From positions 740 through 64,739 of the forward strand of contig JAEINW010000002.1 in the NCBI GenBank assembly GCA_016342715.1: DNA of 64,000 bases, written 5' to 3'. The notes below the pieces were generated by a model that worked only from the letters and a program-made list of their open reading frames with translations, was not told the DNA's origin and did no database searches. The translations under genes were made by a program, and so were the position numbers. Below are positions 44,208-55,331 of this stretch, piece by piece. Source of the DNA: Salinivirgaceae bacterium (GTDB lineage Bacteria; Bacteroidota; Bacteroidia; Bacteroidales; SZUA-534). Positions within the stretch are counted from its first letter, which is position 1. Each line of letters begins with the position of its first letter.

Positions 44208-45539
44208 ATGACCACAAGATTGAATTTAGTATTCATTTTGTTTCTTTTTAGTCAATCGCTACTAATTGGACAGGAATCAAATGAAAATAAAGAAGGCAAA
44301 ACCGGATGGAATTTTGGTGCCTTGCCAACCATAACTTATAATAGCGATTTAGGCTTGCAGTACGGGGCTTTGGTTAATTTGTACGATTACGGTGATGGAG
44401 AAGTATATCCGACATATTACCACTCTATTTATGCTGAAGTATCAAGGTACACAAAAGGTAGTGGAATTTTCAGATTATTTTACGATTCAAAATTTTTAAT
44501 CCCTAATATTCGTTTTACGGGTGATCTTTCGTACTTGCCCGACCAAGCGCTCGATTTTTATGGTTTTAATGGTTCAAAAGCAGTTTATAATAAAGATTGG
44601 GAGGATGATTCCAGTGATTCGTACAAAACCCGAATGTTTTACAAACAAAAGCGTAATATTTTCAGAACAAAATTAGATTTTCAGGGAAAAACCGGAATTA
44701 AGAATTTAAACTGGGCTGCAGGTTTAAATTTAATGAACTTTGATTTAAATACAGTGGATATTGAAAAGTTAAACAAAGGAAAAGATGACGATAAAATTCT
44801 ACCTGACACTGCCACATTGTATGATCAATATGTAAAATGGGGTGTAATTAGCGAAAAAGAAACAAAGGGAGGCTTTTTTACAAGTTTAAAAGGTGGTTTA
44901 GTTTATGATAGTCGCGATAACGAGCCGAACCCAATGAAAGGTTTATGGAGCGAAGCTGTACTGTTTCAGTCCTTTAATTCTGATTTCACCTTTACTAAAG
45001 TAGCAATAACTCATCGTCAGTATTTTACCTTAATTAAAGAAAATTTATCATTTGCGTATCGGCTAGGTTTTCAAGGCGTAATTGCTGGCGAAGCCCCTTA
45101 TTATTTGCTTCCATACATGGTTTACTCCTACTTACCATCTTCTACTACCGATGGTTTAGGTGGTTCAAAATCGGTTCGTGGAATTGTTCGAAACCGTGTG
45201 GTTGGTAAAAGTATGGGATATGCAAATATGGAACTTCGTTGGAAATTTTCACACTTCACTTTACTAAATCAAAACATCTATTTAGCCCTAAATCCGTTTA
45301 TGGATTTTGGACAGGTTTTGGTTGAACATGATTTTGAAAGAGACATAACAAAGTTAGAAAGCTCAGATAATCTAGATGATTATTTCAAATCGGGTTCCGA
45401 CAAACTCCATATAACTTATGGTTGTGGTTTTCATTTAGCAATGAATCAAAATTTTATTATTGCCATTGATGCAGGATTCCCACTTGAGGAGCAAGATGGG
45501 AACATGGGTCTATACATTGGATTGAACTTTTTATTTTAA
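44208..45539 (+). CDS. outer-membrane beta-barrel protein (BamA/TamA-like surface-antigen family, no POTRA seen)
   Basis: Signal peptide, alternating amphipathic strands, aromatic C-terminus 'GLYIGLNFLF'. Confidence 0.6.
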   Translation: MTTRLNLVFILFLFSQSLLIGQESNENKEGKTGWNFGALPTITYNSDLGLQYGALVNLYDYGDGEVYPTYYHSIYAEVSRYTKGSGIFRLFYDSKFLIPNIRFTGDLSYLPDQALDFYGFNGSKAVYNKDWEDDSSDSYKTRMFYKQKRNIFRTKLDFQGKTGIKNLNWAAGLNLMNFDLNTVDIEKLNKGKDDDKILPDTATLYDQYVKWGVISEKETKGGFFTSLKGGLVYDSRDNEPNPMKGLWSEAVLFQSFNSDFTFTKVAITHRQYFTLIKENLSFAYRLGFQGVIAGEAPYYLLPYMVYSYLPSSTTDGLGGSKSVRGIVRNRVVGKSMGYANMELRWKFSHFTLLNQNIYLALNPFMDFGQVLVEHDFERDITKLESSDNLDDYFKSGSDKLHITYGCGFHLAMNQNFIIAIDAGFPLEEQDGNMGLYIGLNFLF

Positions 45540-45640
45540 ATTTGCAATATTTAAACCTTTAATAAGAAAGTTAAATGTTTGAAAATCGGATCAAATACCG
45601 TTAATTTAAGCTTTAAAATAATTTGGAGAACCTATTTGAT

Positions 45641-47875
45641 ATGGAAAACATACTAGTTGGAGCAAATATTATTCTTCTTTTAGGTGTAGGTATGTTAATA
45701 TTAATCATTTATCGATTAAACACTAAAAAAGAAGCTACTGAAGTAATAAACTATTCAGAACTCATACAAAAGAATACATCATCGCTTATATTTGATCTAA
45801 ATGGAATTTTAATTTCAACAACCATAAAAAAAGAAGAAAATCAAATTTTAGGAAAGCTTCAACTAGGAGATAATATTTCAGAATTTAAAGAATTTAAAAA
45901 TATTGACAAATATTTTGAGTCATGTAAGAAATTTAAAAAAACTGTATCACTTAAATTAGTGGAGCGCGAAGAAAATAAAATTGGAAGTAGACATGACTTA
46001 ATTTTCACACCCATTCAAAAAAATGAAGAGCTAGACTCTATATTAGTTATTTCGCAAAAAATTGTAACAAAAAAAGGCGATTCAACTCATTTAACTCAAA
46101 ACAAAGAGCTTGAAGAACAGAGAAATTACGCACTAAAACAAATTGATGAAGTTGAAGCACAAAAAAGCGAACTCGAATTAGCCTTTAAAAAGTCGAGCAA
46201 GCATCACATTATGCTTCAAAAGGCTATGCGGAAAATTGAAACGCAAAAAAATGATCTTGAAAAAGCCCTTGACACTATTAATATTCAAAAAGCTAAACTT
46301 GAAAAAGCAAATAAAGAAATTCGTGAAAGTAGCCGAATGAAAGAAATTTTTTTGGCAAATACTAGTCATGAAATTAGAACCCCTTTAAATGCAATATTAG
46401 GTTTTACAAATTTGCTTCTTAATACCGATCTTGAACTGAGTCAAAAAAAATACTTAGATAGCATAAAAGCCTCTGGAAACAATTTACTGGTGGTAATAAA
46501 TGACATTCTTGATTTTTCAAAAATTGAATCAGGCAAACTTACCCTTGAACAAATTGATTTCGATTTTAGAAACCTTGTAAAGCATACTATAAATACTTTA
46601 ACCGTAAAATCTCAAGAAAAACAAATTGAATTAAAATACGACATTTCAGATGATATTCCCAATGTAATTATTGGCGATCCGGTTCGTTTAAATCAAATAT
46701 TAATAAATCTTCTGGGCAATGCAATTAAATTCACCAGCTCAGGCGGATACGTTCGACTGGCAGCTACAACCGGAAAATTAGTTGACAATAAAATTAAACT
46801 ACTTTTTAAAATTGAAGACAATGGAATTGGCGTTCCAAAAGATAAATTAACTGATATTTTTCAAAGCTTTACCCAAGGGGAGAGCGATACAACCAGAAAG
46901 TTTGGTGGAACTGGATTAGGCCTGTCAATAGTTAAACAACTCATTGAATTACAAGATGGTGAAATTGCCGTTGAAAGCACCATTGGAGTTGGCACTTCAT
47001 TTACCTTTTATATAATGCTTAAGATAGGAGATGATAAAAATGTAGTCTCTAAATCGGACAAGAGATATTCGATGAATCGAACGGGTTCTGATGAAATGAA
47101 AATATTATTGGTTGAAGACAATATTATTAATCAGCAATTAGCCTTTGACACCATAAAAACGTGGAATAAAAAAATTGAGATTGACTTAGCTGATAATGGT
47201 AAAATTGCCCTTGAAAAAATTCAAGCTAATACTTATCATTTAGTGTTAATGGATATACAGATGCCAGAAATGGATGGAAACGAGGCAACTGTTGCAATCA
47301 GAAAACTTGATAGTGAAAAATGTAAAATTCCTATTGTGGCAATGACAGCTCACGCACTAAAAAACGAAAAAGAAAATTGTCTTAAAATGGGAATGGACGA
47401 TTACATTTCAAAACCATTTGATCCTGAAGATTTGTTTGATAAAATATTAAAATTTGCACCAAAAAATACTAAACCAATCAATGCTAACAAATCGAAGAAT
47501 GAAAATTCACAATCGAAAATACCCAGTCAAATACCATTCAACTACTTTAATACAAAAAATCTAATTAAAATTTATCACGATAATAACAATAAGATTAAAA
47601 AAATTGTTGGAATGTGCTTCGAGAGCATTCCTAATGAACTAATTGAAATTCAAAAAGCTTTTGATAATAAAGAATGGGATATATTACGCAATAAAGCACA
47701 TTCATTAAAACCAAAACTTGGCTATTTAGGCATGGAAGAAATGCAAAATAATGCAAAGAAAATTGAACTAAAATCGCAAGAACAAGATCCCGAAGAGCAA
47801 ATACAGTCCCTAATTAATTCTATCAAAAATCATTGGCAACTAGCCACTCCCGAAATTAAAAACTTTATTACATAA
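45641..47875 (+). CDS. hybrid histidine kinase (TM - coiled coil - HisKA - HATPase - REC - HPt)
   Basis: 'FLANTSHEIRTPLNAI', 'GGTGLGLSIVKQLIELQDG', 'HLVLMDIQMPEMDG', HPt 'AHSLKPKLGYLGM'. The ATG at 45641 is preferred over the TTG at 45623. Confidence 0.85.
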   Translation: MENILVGANIILLLGVGMLILIIYRLNTKKEATEVINYSELIQKNTSSLIFDLNGILISTTIKKEENQILGKLQLGDNISEFKEFKNIDKYFESCKKFKKTVSLKLVEREENKIGSRHDLIFTPIQKNEELDSILVISQKIVTKKGDSTHLTQNKELEEQRNYALKQIDEVEAQKSELELAFKKSSKHHIMLQKAMRKIETQKNDLEKALDTINIQKAKLEKANKEIRESSRMKEIFLANTSHEIRTPLNAILGFTNLLLNTDLELSQKKYLDSIKASGNNLLVVINDILDFSKIESGKLTLEQIDFDFRNLVKHTINTLTVKSQEKQIELKYDISDDIPNVIIGDPVRLNQILINLLGNAIKFTSSGGYVRLAATTGKLVDNKIKLLFKIEDNGIGVPKDKLTDIFQSFTQGESDTTRKFGGTGLGLSIVKQLIELQDGEIAVESTIGVGTSFTFYIMLKIGDDKNVVSKSDKRYSMNRTGSDEMKILLVEDNIINQQLAFDTIKTWNKKIEIDLADNGKIALEKIQANTYHLVLMDIQMPEMDGNEATVAIRKLDSEKCKIPIVAMTAHALKNEKENCLKMGMDDYISKPFDPEDLFDKILKFAPKNTKPINANKSKNENSQSKIPSQIPFNYFNTKNLIKIYHDNNNKIKKIVGMCFESIPNELIEIQKAFDNKEWDILRNKAHSLKPKLGYLGMEEMQNNAKKIELKSQEQDPEEQIQSLINSIKNHWQLATPEIKNFIT

Positions 47876-47880
47876 ATTCT

Positions 47881-50757
47881 GTGAAAAAAATACTAATATA
47901 TCTCCTACTTTTAGGCCTAGCAAAAAGCTCATTCTCAACTAATATTGACAGCTTAAAAAATTTATTACAAAGTTCAGCCCCAAAAGAAATCATTAGCATT
48001 CAATTAAAAATAGCTGAAATTTATGCTATAAGCAACTATGACAGTGCGCTGATTTATTGCAATCAAATCATTTTAAATGCAGAAGAAGCTAAAAATAATA
48101 TCGCTAAAGCTAAAGCTCTAAAAATAATGGGCAATGTCTATTTCCGAAAAGGTGAACTGCAAGAAACCATTAACTATTATAGTAAAAGTCTGGAAATATT
48201 TGAAAAAGAACATGTATACACTGAGATTGCAAAAATTCATAATAATTTTGGTTTTTTGTACCAAAAATTAGGAAACAACCTAAGGGCAATCAGCCATTTA
48301 GAAAAAGCATTAAAGGTTTATATCGATACACAAAATGAGTTATTACAAACAGGGCCATTAAACAATCTTGGCTTAATTTATTTTAGATCGGGCGATTATC
48401 ATTTAGCATCGGACAATTTTTATAAAGCTTATTTAATTGCCCAAAAATTTAATGAAACTGAAGTATTAATTAATACATCGATTAATTTAGGCGCCTTATA
48501 TGTTGAATGGGGTAAATATATAGAGGCACTAAAATACTATAATCAAGCTATTGATTATTCATATGAATCAAACAATTTAGATGCAATATCTACTGCAAAA
48601 CTTAACATTGGAATCATTTACGAAGAATTAGGAAACTACAGTACTGCAATAAATTATATATTAGAAAGTCTTGAAATTAGAAAGTCAATTGACGCCAAAG
48701 GAAGAATTGCCTCAAGCTTAATTAAATTAGGAGACATTTATCAAGCATGGGGGAAATATCAAATTTCACTTGACTACTATTTTGAAGCCATTGAATTTGC
48801 AAAAGAAACAAAAGATAAATTTTCGCATGGAAATGCACTAGCAGGTATTGCTACAGTTTATTATAAAACAGATTTATATAAAAAAGCCTTAGATTACTTT
48901 TTTGAAGCCATTATTTTATTCGAAGAAATAAATAGCAAAAAAGAAATTGCAGAAGCAAATAGTCATATTGGTTATATTTACTCAACCAAAATTAACGATT
49001 ATAAAACTGCAGAAAATCACTTTCAAATTGCCGAAACAATTTTTAATACATTAGATTCAAAAGCAAAACTAGCCGATTTATATTATTTTATGGCAATTCA
49101 TTTTTTAACTAAAAAAGAATTTCAAAAAGCTATTAGTTATAGTAAAAAAAGCATCAATTTATTACCTCAAAACAATTATCACTTACAAAATAATTACCTT
49201 TTATTGTCTGAGGTTTATAAAAAATTAAAAAGAAACACTGAATGTATAAATGCACTCGAAAAGGCAATAGTTTACAAAGATTCCGTTTCAAAGAACGAAG
49301 CTGTTTTACTGATGACTAAGTTTGAAATAAAATACAAAATGCAGCAAAAAGAAAAGGAGATCTCTGACCTCACCAAGCAATCAGTAATCAGTGATTTGGA
49401 AATTAAAAAGAAAAAAACTGCACGTAATATGTTTATTGGTTTTTCTATACTTCTTGCGCTATTACTGCTTATATCCTTGTATTTCTTTCGTAAATTAATA
49501 AATGTTAACAAAAAACTTACAACACAACAATTAAAAAACGAAACACAAAAAAACGATTTGCAAAAAGCAAATTCTGAGTTAATCGATTCGAAAAATAAAG
49601 CCGAAAAGCTAAGTGCTTTTAAAAGTCAATTTTTAGCTAATATTAGCCATGAAATAAGAACTCCATTAAATGCAATCACAGGATATGCAAAACTAATAAG
49701 CAAGAATTTGATTAAAGAAACCAATAGACATCATATTAACCATGTAATACAAGCAAGTGAAAATATGATGGTAATTATAAATGACTTGCTTGATTTTTCA
49801 AGAATTGAAGCTGGAAAAATGGTTATTGACTCCATTGAATTTAAACCCATTGAAATTATATCTCAAACAATATCAACACTAAAATTCCGATCTGACGAAA
49901 AGAAAATCAAATTAGAAGTTCATATCGATCCATTGGTTCCATCATCCGTTATTGGTGACCCATATAGATTAAGCCAAATTCTTATTAATCTGGTTAATAA
50001 TGCAATTAAATTTTCTGAAAAAGGACAAATCATATCTATTGAAACTGCAAGTGAAAGAAATAACGACAACTGTATTCTTACATTTAAAGTAGTTGATAAT
50101 GGCATTGGAATTACTGAAAGTAAATTAGAAAGTATATTTGAAAGCTTTACTCAAGCACACAGCGATACTTCTCGAAACCATATTGGAACAGGCCTTGGCC
50201 TAGCTATTGTTAAACGATTAATTGAATTGCAAAATGGGAAAATTACTGTTAAAAGCAAAGTGAATAAAGGTTCCGAGTTTCAGTTTTATATACCGTATAA
50301 AATAAATGTTCTGAAAAATGAGTATAAAAAAAATACCCTAGCAACTAATTCACCAACAAAGCCAAAGAGTATTGAAAAGTATATTTTATTAGTAGAAGAT
50401 AATGAGATTAACCAAGAATTAGCCAAAGACACCATTTTATCATGGAATGAAAAATTTATTGTTGACATCGCTGAAAATGGAAAAGAGGCTCTTGAGTTAA
50501 TGCAATCAAAAGTATACGATGTTATATTAATGGATATTCAAATGCCCGTAATGGATGGCCATGAAGCTACACAATATATTCGCACAAGTTTACCAAAGCC
50601 AAAATGCAATACTCCTATTATTGGAATGACTGCCCATGCAATGAGCTCGGAAAAAGAATTGGCTTTAAAAAATGGAATGAATGAATATATTATAAAACCA
50701 TTTAATCCAGATGAATTGAAGCAAAAAATATTTTCTTTTATAAAGAAAAATATTTAG
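47881..50757 (+). CDS. hybrid histidine kinase with a periplasmic TPR-repeat sensor domain
   Basis: GTG start and a signal peptide. About 10 TPR-like repeats ('ALKYYNQAIDY', 'AINYILESLEI'). TM 'MFIGFSILLALLLLISLYFF'. 'FLANISHEIRTPLNAI', 'GTGLGLAIVKRLIELQNG', 'DVILMDIQMPVMDG'. Confidence 0.85.
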   Translation: MKKILIYLLLLGLAKSSFSTNIDSLKNLLQSSAPKEIISIQLKIAEIYAISNYDSALIYCNQIILNAEEAKNNIAKAKALKIMGNVYFRKGELQETINYYSKSLEIFEKEHVYTEIAKIHNNFGFLYQKLGNNLRAISHLEKALKVYIDTQNELLQTGPLNNLGLIYFRSGDYHLASDNFYKAYLIAQKFNETEVLINTSINLGALYVEWGKYIEALKYYNQAIDYSYESNNLDAISTAKLNIGIIYEELGNYSTAINYILESLEIRKSIDAKGRIASSLIKLGDIYQAWGKYQISLDYYFEAIEFAKETKDKFSHGNALAGIATVYYKTDLYKKALDYFFEAIILFEEINSKKEIAEANSHIGYIYSTKINDYKTAENHFQIAETIFNTLDSKAKLADLYYFMAIHFLTKKEFQKAISYSKKSINLLPQNNYHLQNNYLLLSEVYKKLKRNTECINALEKAIVYKDSVSKNEAVLLMTKFEIKYKMQQKEKEISDLTKQSVISDLEIKKKKTARNMFIGFSILLALLLLISLYFFRKLINVNKKLTTQQLKNETQKNDLQKANSELIDSKNKAEKLSAFKSQFLANISHEIRTPLNAITGYAKLISKNLIKETNRHHINHVIQASENMMVIINDLLDFSRIEAGKMVIDSIEFKPIEIISQTISTLKFRSDEKKIKLEVHIDPLVPSSVIGDPYRLSQILINLVNNAIKFSEKGQIISIETASERNNDNCILTFKVVDNGIGITESKLESIFESFTQAHSDTSRNHIGTGLGLAIVKRLIELQNGKITVKSKVNKGSEFQFYIPYKINVLKNEYKKNTLATNSPTKPKSIEKYILLVEDNEINQELAKDTILSWNEKFIVDIAENGKEALELMQSKVYDVILMDIQMPVMDGHEATQYIRTSLPKPKCNTPIIGMTAHAMSSEKELALKNGMNEYIIKPFNPDELKQKIFSFIKKNI

Positions 50758-50843
50758 ATAACTAAAAAAATGCTATTTTTTAAATTTTATAACTATTAAT
50801 AAACCAATAATTATTAACTTTAACTTTATTAAAAAATTAACAC

Positions 50844-51233
50844 ATGAACGGTAAATACAATATTATTCTGGTTGATGACGATTTTATTTTTCTGGAAATG
50901 CTCAAAGAATCACTTATTGATAATCCAGACTTCAATATAGTTGCGTTTCAATCTGGAGAAGAATGCTTAAACCACATGCATTTAAATCCTGATGTTATTG
51001 TTCTTGATTATTATTTAAATAGTGAAAATCAAGAAGCAAAAAATGGACTTGATATTTTAAAAGAAATCCATACAATAAATCCTCAGGCAAAAGTTATCAT
51101 ACTTTCAGGTCAAGAAGACGGAAATCTGGTTTACGATTTTGTTCGAGAAAATGCAACGAACTATGTAGTAAAGGATAACAATGCATTTGAAAATGTTAAA
51201 AATGCAATTGAAGATATTATAAAAATATTATAA
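50844..51233 (+). CDS. single-domain response regulator (CheY-like)
   Basis: 'IILVDDDFIF', 'DVIVLDYYL', 'VIILSGQ'. No output domain. Confidence 0.85.
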   Translation: MNGKYNIILVDDDFIFLEMLKESLIDNPDFNIVAFQSGEECLNHMHLNPDVIVLDYYLNSENQEAKNGLDILKEIHTINPQAKVIILSGQEDGNLVYDFVRENATNYVVKDNNAFENVKNAIEDIIKIL

Positions 51234-51253
51234 GAAATACACAACTACTATGC

Positions 51254-51284
51254 TAAAAAAGCTACCTAAATGGTAGCTTTTTTT
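51254..51284. terminator. bidirectional terminator between the response regulator (+) and lolA (-)
   Basis: AAAAAAGCTACC-TAAAT-GGTAGCTTTTTTT. It overlaps the lolA stop codon. Confidence 0.7.
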
Positions 51285-51942
51285 ATCTTAAATCAATAAT
51301 TTCAACACCTTTGTAATCTGATGTATTAAACTCAAAGTCAGAGTCCTTAACCTTTTGGTCAATAATAATATTTGATAAAATAAGGGTCATCCTAGTTCCA
51401 TCCTTCAAAAAATATTTCAAAGAATGTAAATCATTTTCAGAAGTAAACCAACACCTGATTTTAAAATATGGATTATCTAAACTTTCAGGCGATAAATCAA
51501 TCACAGTCAGATTCTTATTTTCAATCGTTTCATTTCCATTCAGCATATATTTAAACCCATTTTTATAAATAGAGAAAATGGAAAGGGGATCAATCAAAAA
51601 CTTTTCCTCAAAATCTAAATCCTCATCACTTACAATATCAGAAATATTAACTTCGTTATTTCCCTTCAAAAAAACCCAACGTGTCTTCCCATCACTAAAA
51701 GTAGTAGTACCATCCAATTCCATTTTAAATTTTTTCCCTTTAATTAAAACAGAACCTTTATAGGTATCAATACCACTTTCTCCAACTGAGTTAATTTGAT
51801 ATTCAAAATCTGTTTTTATAGAATGGTAAGCATTTGCCTTTTTCTCCACTGCAATCAAAAGTTTCTCTGCCTCAGGATCTTTTTGTGCCCAGCATAATAC
51901 AGTTGATAAAAGTGCAATGCTCAGTAATAGTATATTTTTCAT
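51283..51942 (-). CDS. lolA: outer-membrane lipoprotein carrier protein LolA-like
   Basis: Signal peptide. 'FEYQINSVGESGIDTYKGSVLIKGKKFKMEL..FSDGKTRWVFL' matches the LolA pattern. It lies immediately downstream of ftsK, as in many bacteria. Confidence 0.75.
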   Translation of the reverse strand: MKNILLLSIALLSTVLCWAQKDPEAEKLLIAVEKKANAYHSIKTDFEYQINSVGESGIDTYKGSVLIKGKKFKMELDGTTTFSDGKTRWVFLKGNNEVNISDIVSDEDLDFEEKFLIDPLSIFSIYKNGFKYMLNGNETIENKNLTVIDLSPESLDNPYFKIRCWFTSENDLHSLKYFLKDGTRMTLILSNIIIDQKVKDSDFEFNTSDYKGVEIIDLR

Positions 51943-51951
51943 TTTATTTTT

Positions 51952-54474
51952 TTATTTATTCAAATTATTCAATAATTGTTCCAAACTATATTCATCGGGA
52001 AGTAATACCTGACGAGCCTTGCTTCCTTCAAATTGCCCAACAACACCAGCGGCTTCCAATTGATCAATTATCCTACCTGCACGGTTGTAACCAATTGAAA
52101 ATTTACGTTGAATTAATGACGTTGAACCCTGCTGATTAGCAACAATAATTCTGGCTGCATCGTCAAATAAAGCATCACGTTTTGATAGATCCACTTCCAA
52201 TATATCTGAGGAATCATCACTTTTATATTCTGGCAAATAATAGGGCGTTGGATAGGATTGTTGACTTTCAATAAAATTCATTATTTTCTCAAGTTCAGGA
52301 GTATCCACAAATGCACACTGCAATCGAACCATATCACTCCCTTGCGAAATAAGCATGTCTCCTCTACCAATTAATTGATTCGCTCCAGGAGAATCAAGAA
52401 TGGTTCGTGAATCCATCATACTGGTAACTCTAAATGCAATTCTGGCAGGGAAATTTGCTTTAATTAATCCTGTGATAATATTAGTAGTAGGCCGTTGGGT
52501 TGCTATTATCAAATGAATTCCAATAGCACGAGCCAATTGTGCCAAACGAGCAATGGGTAGCTCAACCTCTTTACCGGCTGTCATAATTAAATCGGCAAAT
52601 TCATCGATAACTACCACAATATATGGTAAAAAACGATGCCCTTTTTGTGGATTCAATTTTCGAGCAATAAATTTGGCATTGTACTCTTTTAAATTTCGTG
52701 TTTGAGCCATTTTTAACAAGTCATACCTTGCATCCATTTCAATACACAATGAATTTAAGGTATCTACTACTTTCATTGTATCCGTAATTATTGCTTCTTC
52801 GGAATCGGGTAGCGATGCCAGAAAATACTTTTCAAGTTTTTGATATAAGGTGAGTTCTACTTTTTTCGGATCGATCAAAACAAGTTTCAACTGCGCAGGA
52901 TGCTTTTTATATAATAAGGAAGTAAGTATAGCATTTAAACCCACCGATTTTCCTTGACCAGTAGCTCCTGCAACCAGCAAGTGAGGCATTTTGGTTAAAT
53001 CCACCACAAAAGTTTCGTTTGAAATAGTTTTCCCTAAAGCAATGGGTAATTCATACTTAGTCTCCTGAAATTTCTTAGATGCAATAATTGATCGCATGGA
53101 TACAATCTCTGGTTTGAGATTTGGCACTTCAATACCAACGGTACCCCGTCCTGGAATGGGTGCAATAATCCGAATGCCCAGCGCAGCTAGACTTAATGCA
53201 ATATCGTCTTCAAGATTTTTAATTTTTGAAATTCGCACTCCAGGAGCCGGCACAATTTCGTACAAAGTAATGGTTGGACCAACAATCGCTTTAATCTTAT
53301 CAATTTGGATTTTATAATTTGCTAAGGTTTCAACAATACGGTTTTTATTACTATGCAATTCAGCTTCTGAAACACTCACATTCGAAGCATCGTGTTCTTC
53401 TAACAATTCCAGAGGAGGCAATTTGTAATTTGATAAATCTAAGGTTGGATCGTAATCACCCTCAGGCAAATCACGTATTTTATCAGCGGGGTCGTCTTCT
53501 TCGGTGCGTTTACTTTCAATGCACAATTCGATAGCTCCATCTTTTTCGTTTTTTGGCAAGTTTTCACTCACACTCTTTTGTTCTTTTTCAACCACTTTTA
53601 CTTCAATAGTTTCAAGGTTATCGAAACCAGGAAACCCTATGTTGTCATCTGATTTTTCTTCGAATACAGGCTCTTCCTTATCCTCATTATTTCTATTTGA
53701 AGTAAATTCTACCGAAAAAGAATCGTCCTCAGCATCCGATTTATTTTCAAGCAATTCCTCAGCAGAGTTTTCATTTCCTGACTCTAAGGGTTCTTCAGTT
53801 TCATGCAAATTTTCTTTCTTTTCATCAACACCTGCTTTTAACGAAACATCCATTACTTTCTTTTCTGATAGTTCTTTTAAAGTTTTCTTAAATTTTTCAA
53901 AAAATCCTTCGATGGAGTAAACCAAAATACCAAACAATGAAATAAGTAATAAAAAAGTGGTTCCTATTTTGCCAATAAATGAATTTAACCAATTACTAAG
54001 AAACAAGCCATGTAAGCCCCCGGGCAAAAAAGCACTCCCCCCAAATAAAAAACCTAAAGCAATCGATAACCAAATAGTAATTATTAGTGCATATTTTAAT
54101 GTTCTCCGATAAGGTAATAATCGGTAGTTTAAAAATCGAATTCCCAATAAACCAATAAGAAAAACAAAGCTAAAAGAAGCTAAGCCAAACCAACAATGCA
54201 TAAATTTAAAAGCAAGCATCGCACCTAATTTACCCGACCAGTTTTCAACGGTAATTGTGGCATCGCGCAATAAGTTAATTAAAGAAATATCGAGTTTGCT
54301 TTGGTCAATTTGCCAGGTAAACAAATATGATATAAAGGCAAATAACAAGTAAATTGAAAATGATAAAGCAAAGATCCCAAGTAAAAGTTTTACTCGTTCG
54401 TCTTTAGCCAGTTTGCCAGCATTTGTACCCGATCCCTTTTTATTCTTTGTTGATGTATTATTCTTCTTGGCCAT
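51952..54474 (-). CDS. ftsK: DNA translocase FtsK/SpoIIIE
   Basis: Four N-terminal TM helices and an acidic linker. Walker A 'VAGATGQGKSVGLN', Walker B 'IVVVIDEFADL', gamma domain 'STSLIQRKFSIGYNRAGRIIDQLE'. Confidence 0.95.
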   Translation of the reverse strand: MAKKNNTSTKNKKGSGTNAGKLAKDERVKLLLGIFALSFSIYLLFAFISYLFTWQIDQSKLDISLINLLRDATITVENWSGKLGAMLAFKFMHCWFGLASFSFVFLIGLLGIRFLNYRLLPYRRTLKYALIITIWLSIALGFLFGGSAFLPGGLHGLFLSNWLNSFIGKIGTTFLLLISLFGILVYSIEGFFEKFKKTLKELSEKKVMDVSLKAGVDEKKENLHETEEPLESGNENSAEELLENKSDAEDDSFSVEFTSNRNNEDKEEPVFEEKSDDNIGFPGFDNLETIEVKVVEKEQKSVSENLPKNEKDGAIELCIESKRTEEDDPADKIRDLPEGDYDPTLDLSNYKLPPLELLEEHDASNVSVSEAELHSNKNRIVETLANYKIQIDKIKAIVGPTITLYEIVPAPGVRISKIKNLEDDIALSLAALGIRIIAPIPGRGTVGIEVPNLKPEIVSMRSIIASKKFQETKYELPIALGKTISNETFVVDLTKMPHLLVAGATGQGKSVGLNAILTSLLYKKHPAQLKLVLIDPKKVELTLYQKLEKYFLASLPDSEEAIITDTMKVVDTLNSLCIEMDARYDLLKMAQTRNLKEYNAKFIARKLNPQKGHRFLPYIVVVIDEFADLIMTAGKEVELPIARLAQLARAIGIHLIIATQRPTTNIITGLIKANFPARIAFRVTSMMDSRTILDSPGANQLIGRGDMLISQGSDMVRLQCAFVDTPELEKIMNFIESQQSYPTPYYLPEYKSDDSSDILEVDLSKRDALFDDAARIIVANQQGSTSLIQRKFSIGYNRAGRIIDQLEAAGVVGQFEGSKARQVLLPDEYSLEQLLNNLNK

Positions 54475-54659
54475 TTAATAAATTTTATTGATAGGCAAAA
54501 TTAACATGTTTAGCCAATTAACCCATTTAATTTAATATACTTTTTGCATAATAATTTCATATCATTCAGCAATAAGACATAAAAAAAACAGGTAATGGAA
54601 TATGAAAAGCAAACGAAATACTTTGCAATTAATTATGAGATGACTTAAATGAAATGAAA

Positions 54660-55331
54660 CTATACCAAACTGGCAAAAATCTCATCAATCTCCGATTTTG
54701 GAACTTCTTCGTAATCGTCAGGAATTTCAAAAGTTTCATCAGGAATTTCACGTTCATTTATTTCTTTAGCTTCTAAATGCATTTTAATTCCATTTATATC
54801 CAACTGAAATTCCATAAGAACCCCATTAATTTTTGAAAAAGGCGTTTGTGAATTTGGATTTACGATATCTATTTGTCGTGTATAATAAATATCAAATTCA
54901 ATATTTGAATCTGGAATTTTTGCCATCGCATGATCACAATCATACTCCAGTATTTTCTTTTTCTTATCATCAAACTGAATAACTATACTATCATAGCCCG
55001 ACATACCCATGTATCCCGATTTCCCATTGCTCATATAATAATACTTCTTACCCATCATCTTAAGCATAGTTACAGCCTCCCCCGTCTCTCCATATTTAAT
55101 AAATGCCGATCTAAAAACGCCCATCCAACCCTCAACCTCCATTAAAACTGTATTGTTTTTAAAAGTCATATTTAAAGTCGATGGCATGAGTCCTATTAAA
55201 GGGTTTTCTGTTTCATCTTGCAAATAATTGATTTTATATTGCATGGTTCCTTCAACAATTCCTTCTTTTCCAAAATCGAAGGTGCAAGCCGAAAATAAAG
55301 CAATTAATAAACTAAAAATAGTTAATCTCAT
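54660..55331 (-). CDS. hypothetical lipoprotein
   Basis: Lipobox 'LFSAC'. 223-aa ORF with no recognisable motif. Confidence 0.6.
   Translation of the reverse strand: MRLTIFSLLIALFSACTFDFGKEGIVEGTMQYKINYLQDETENPLIGLMPSTLNMTFKNNTVLMEVEGWMGVFRSAFIKYGETGEAVTMLKMMGKKYYYMSNGKSGYMGMSGYDSIVIQFDDKKKKILEYDCDHAMAKIPDSNIEFDIYYTRQIDIVNPNSQTPFSKINGVLMEFQLDINGIKMHLEAKEINEREIPDETFEIPDDYEEVPKSEIDEIFASLV

Noticed and set aside
51834-52139. The 101-aa plus-strand ORF across the lolA/ftsK junction.
   Set aside because: It is antisense to the lolA 5' end and the conserved ftsK gamma domain, and it has no motif.
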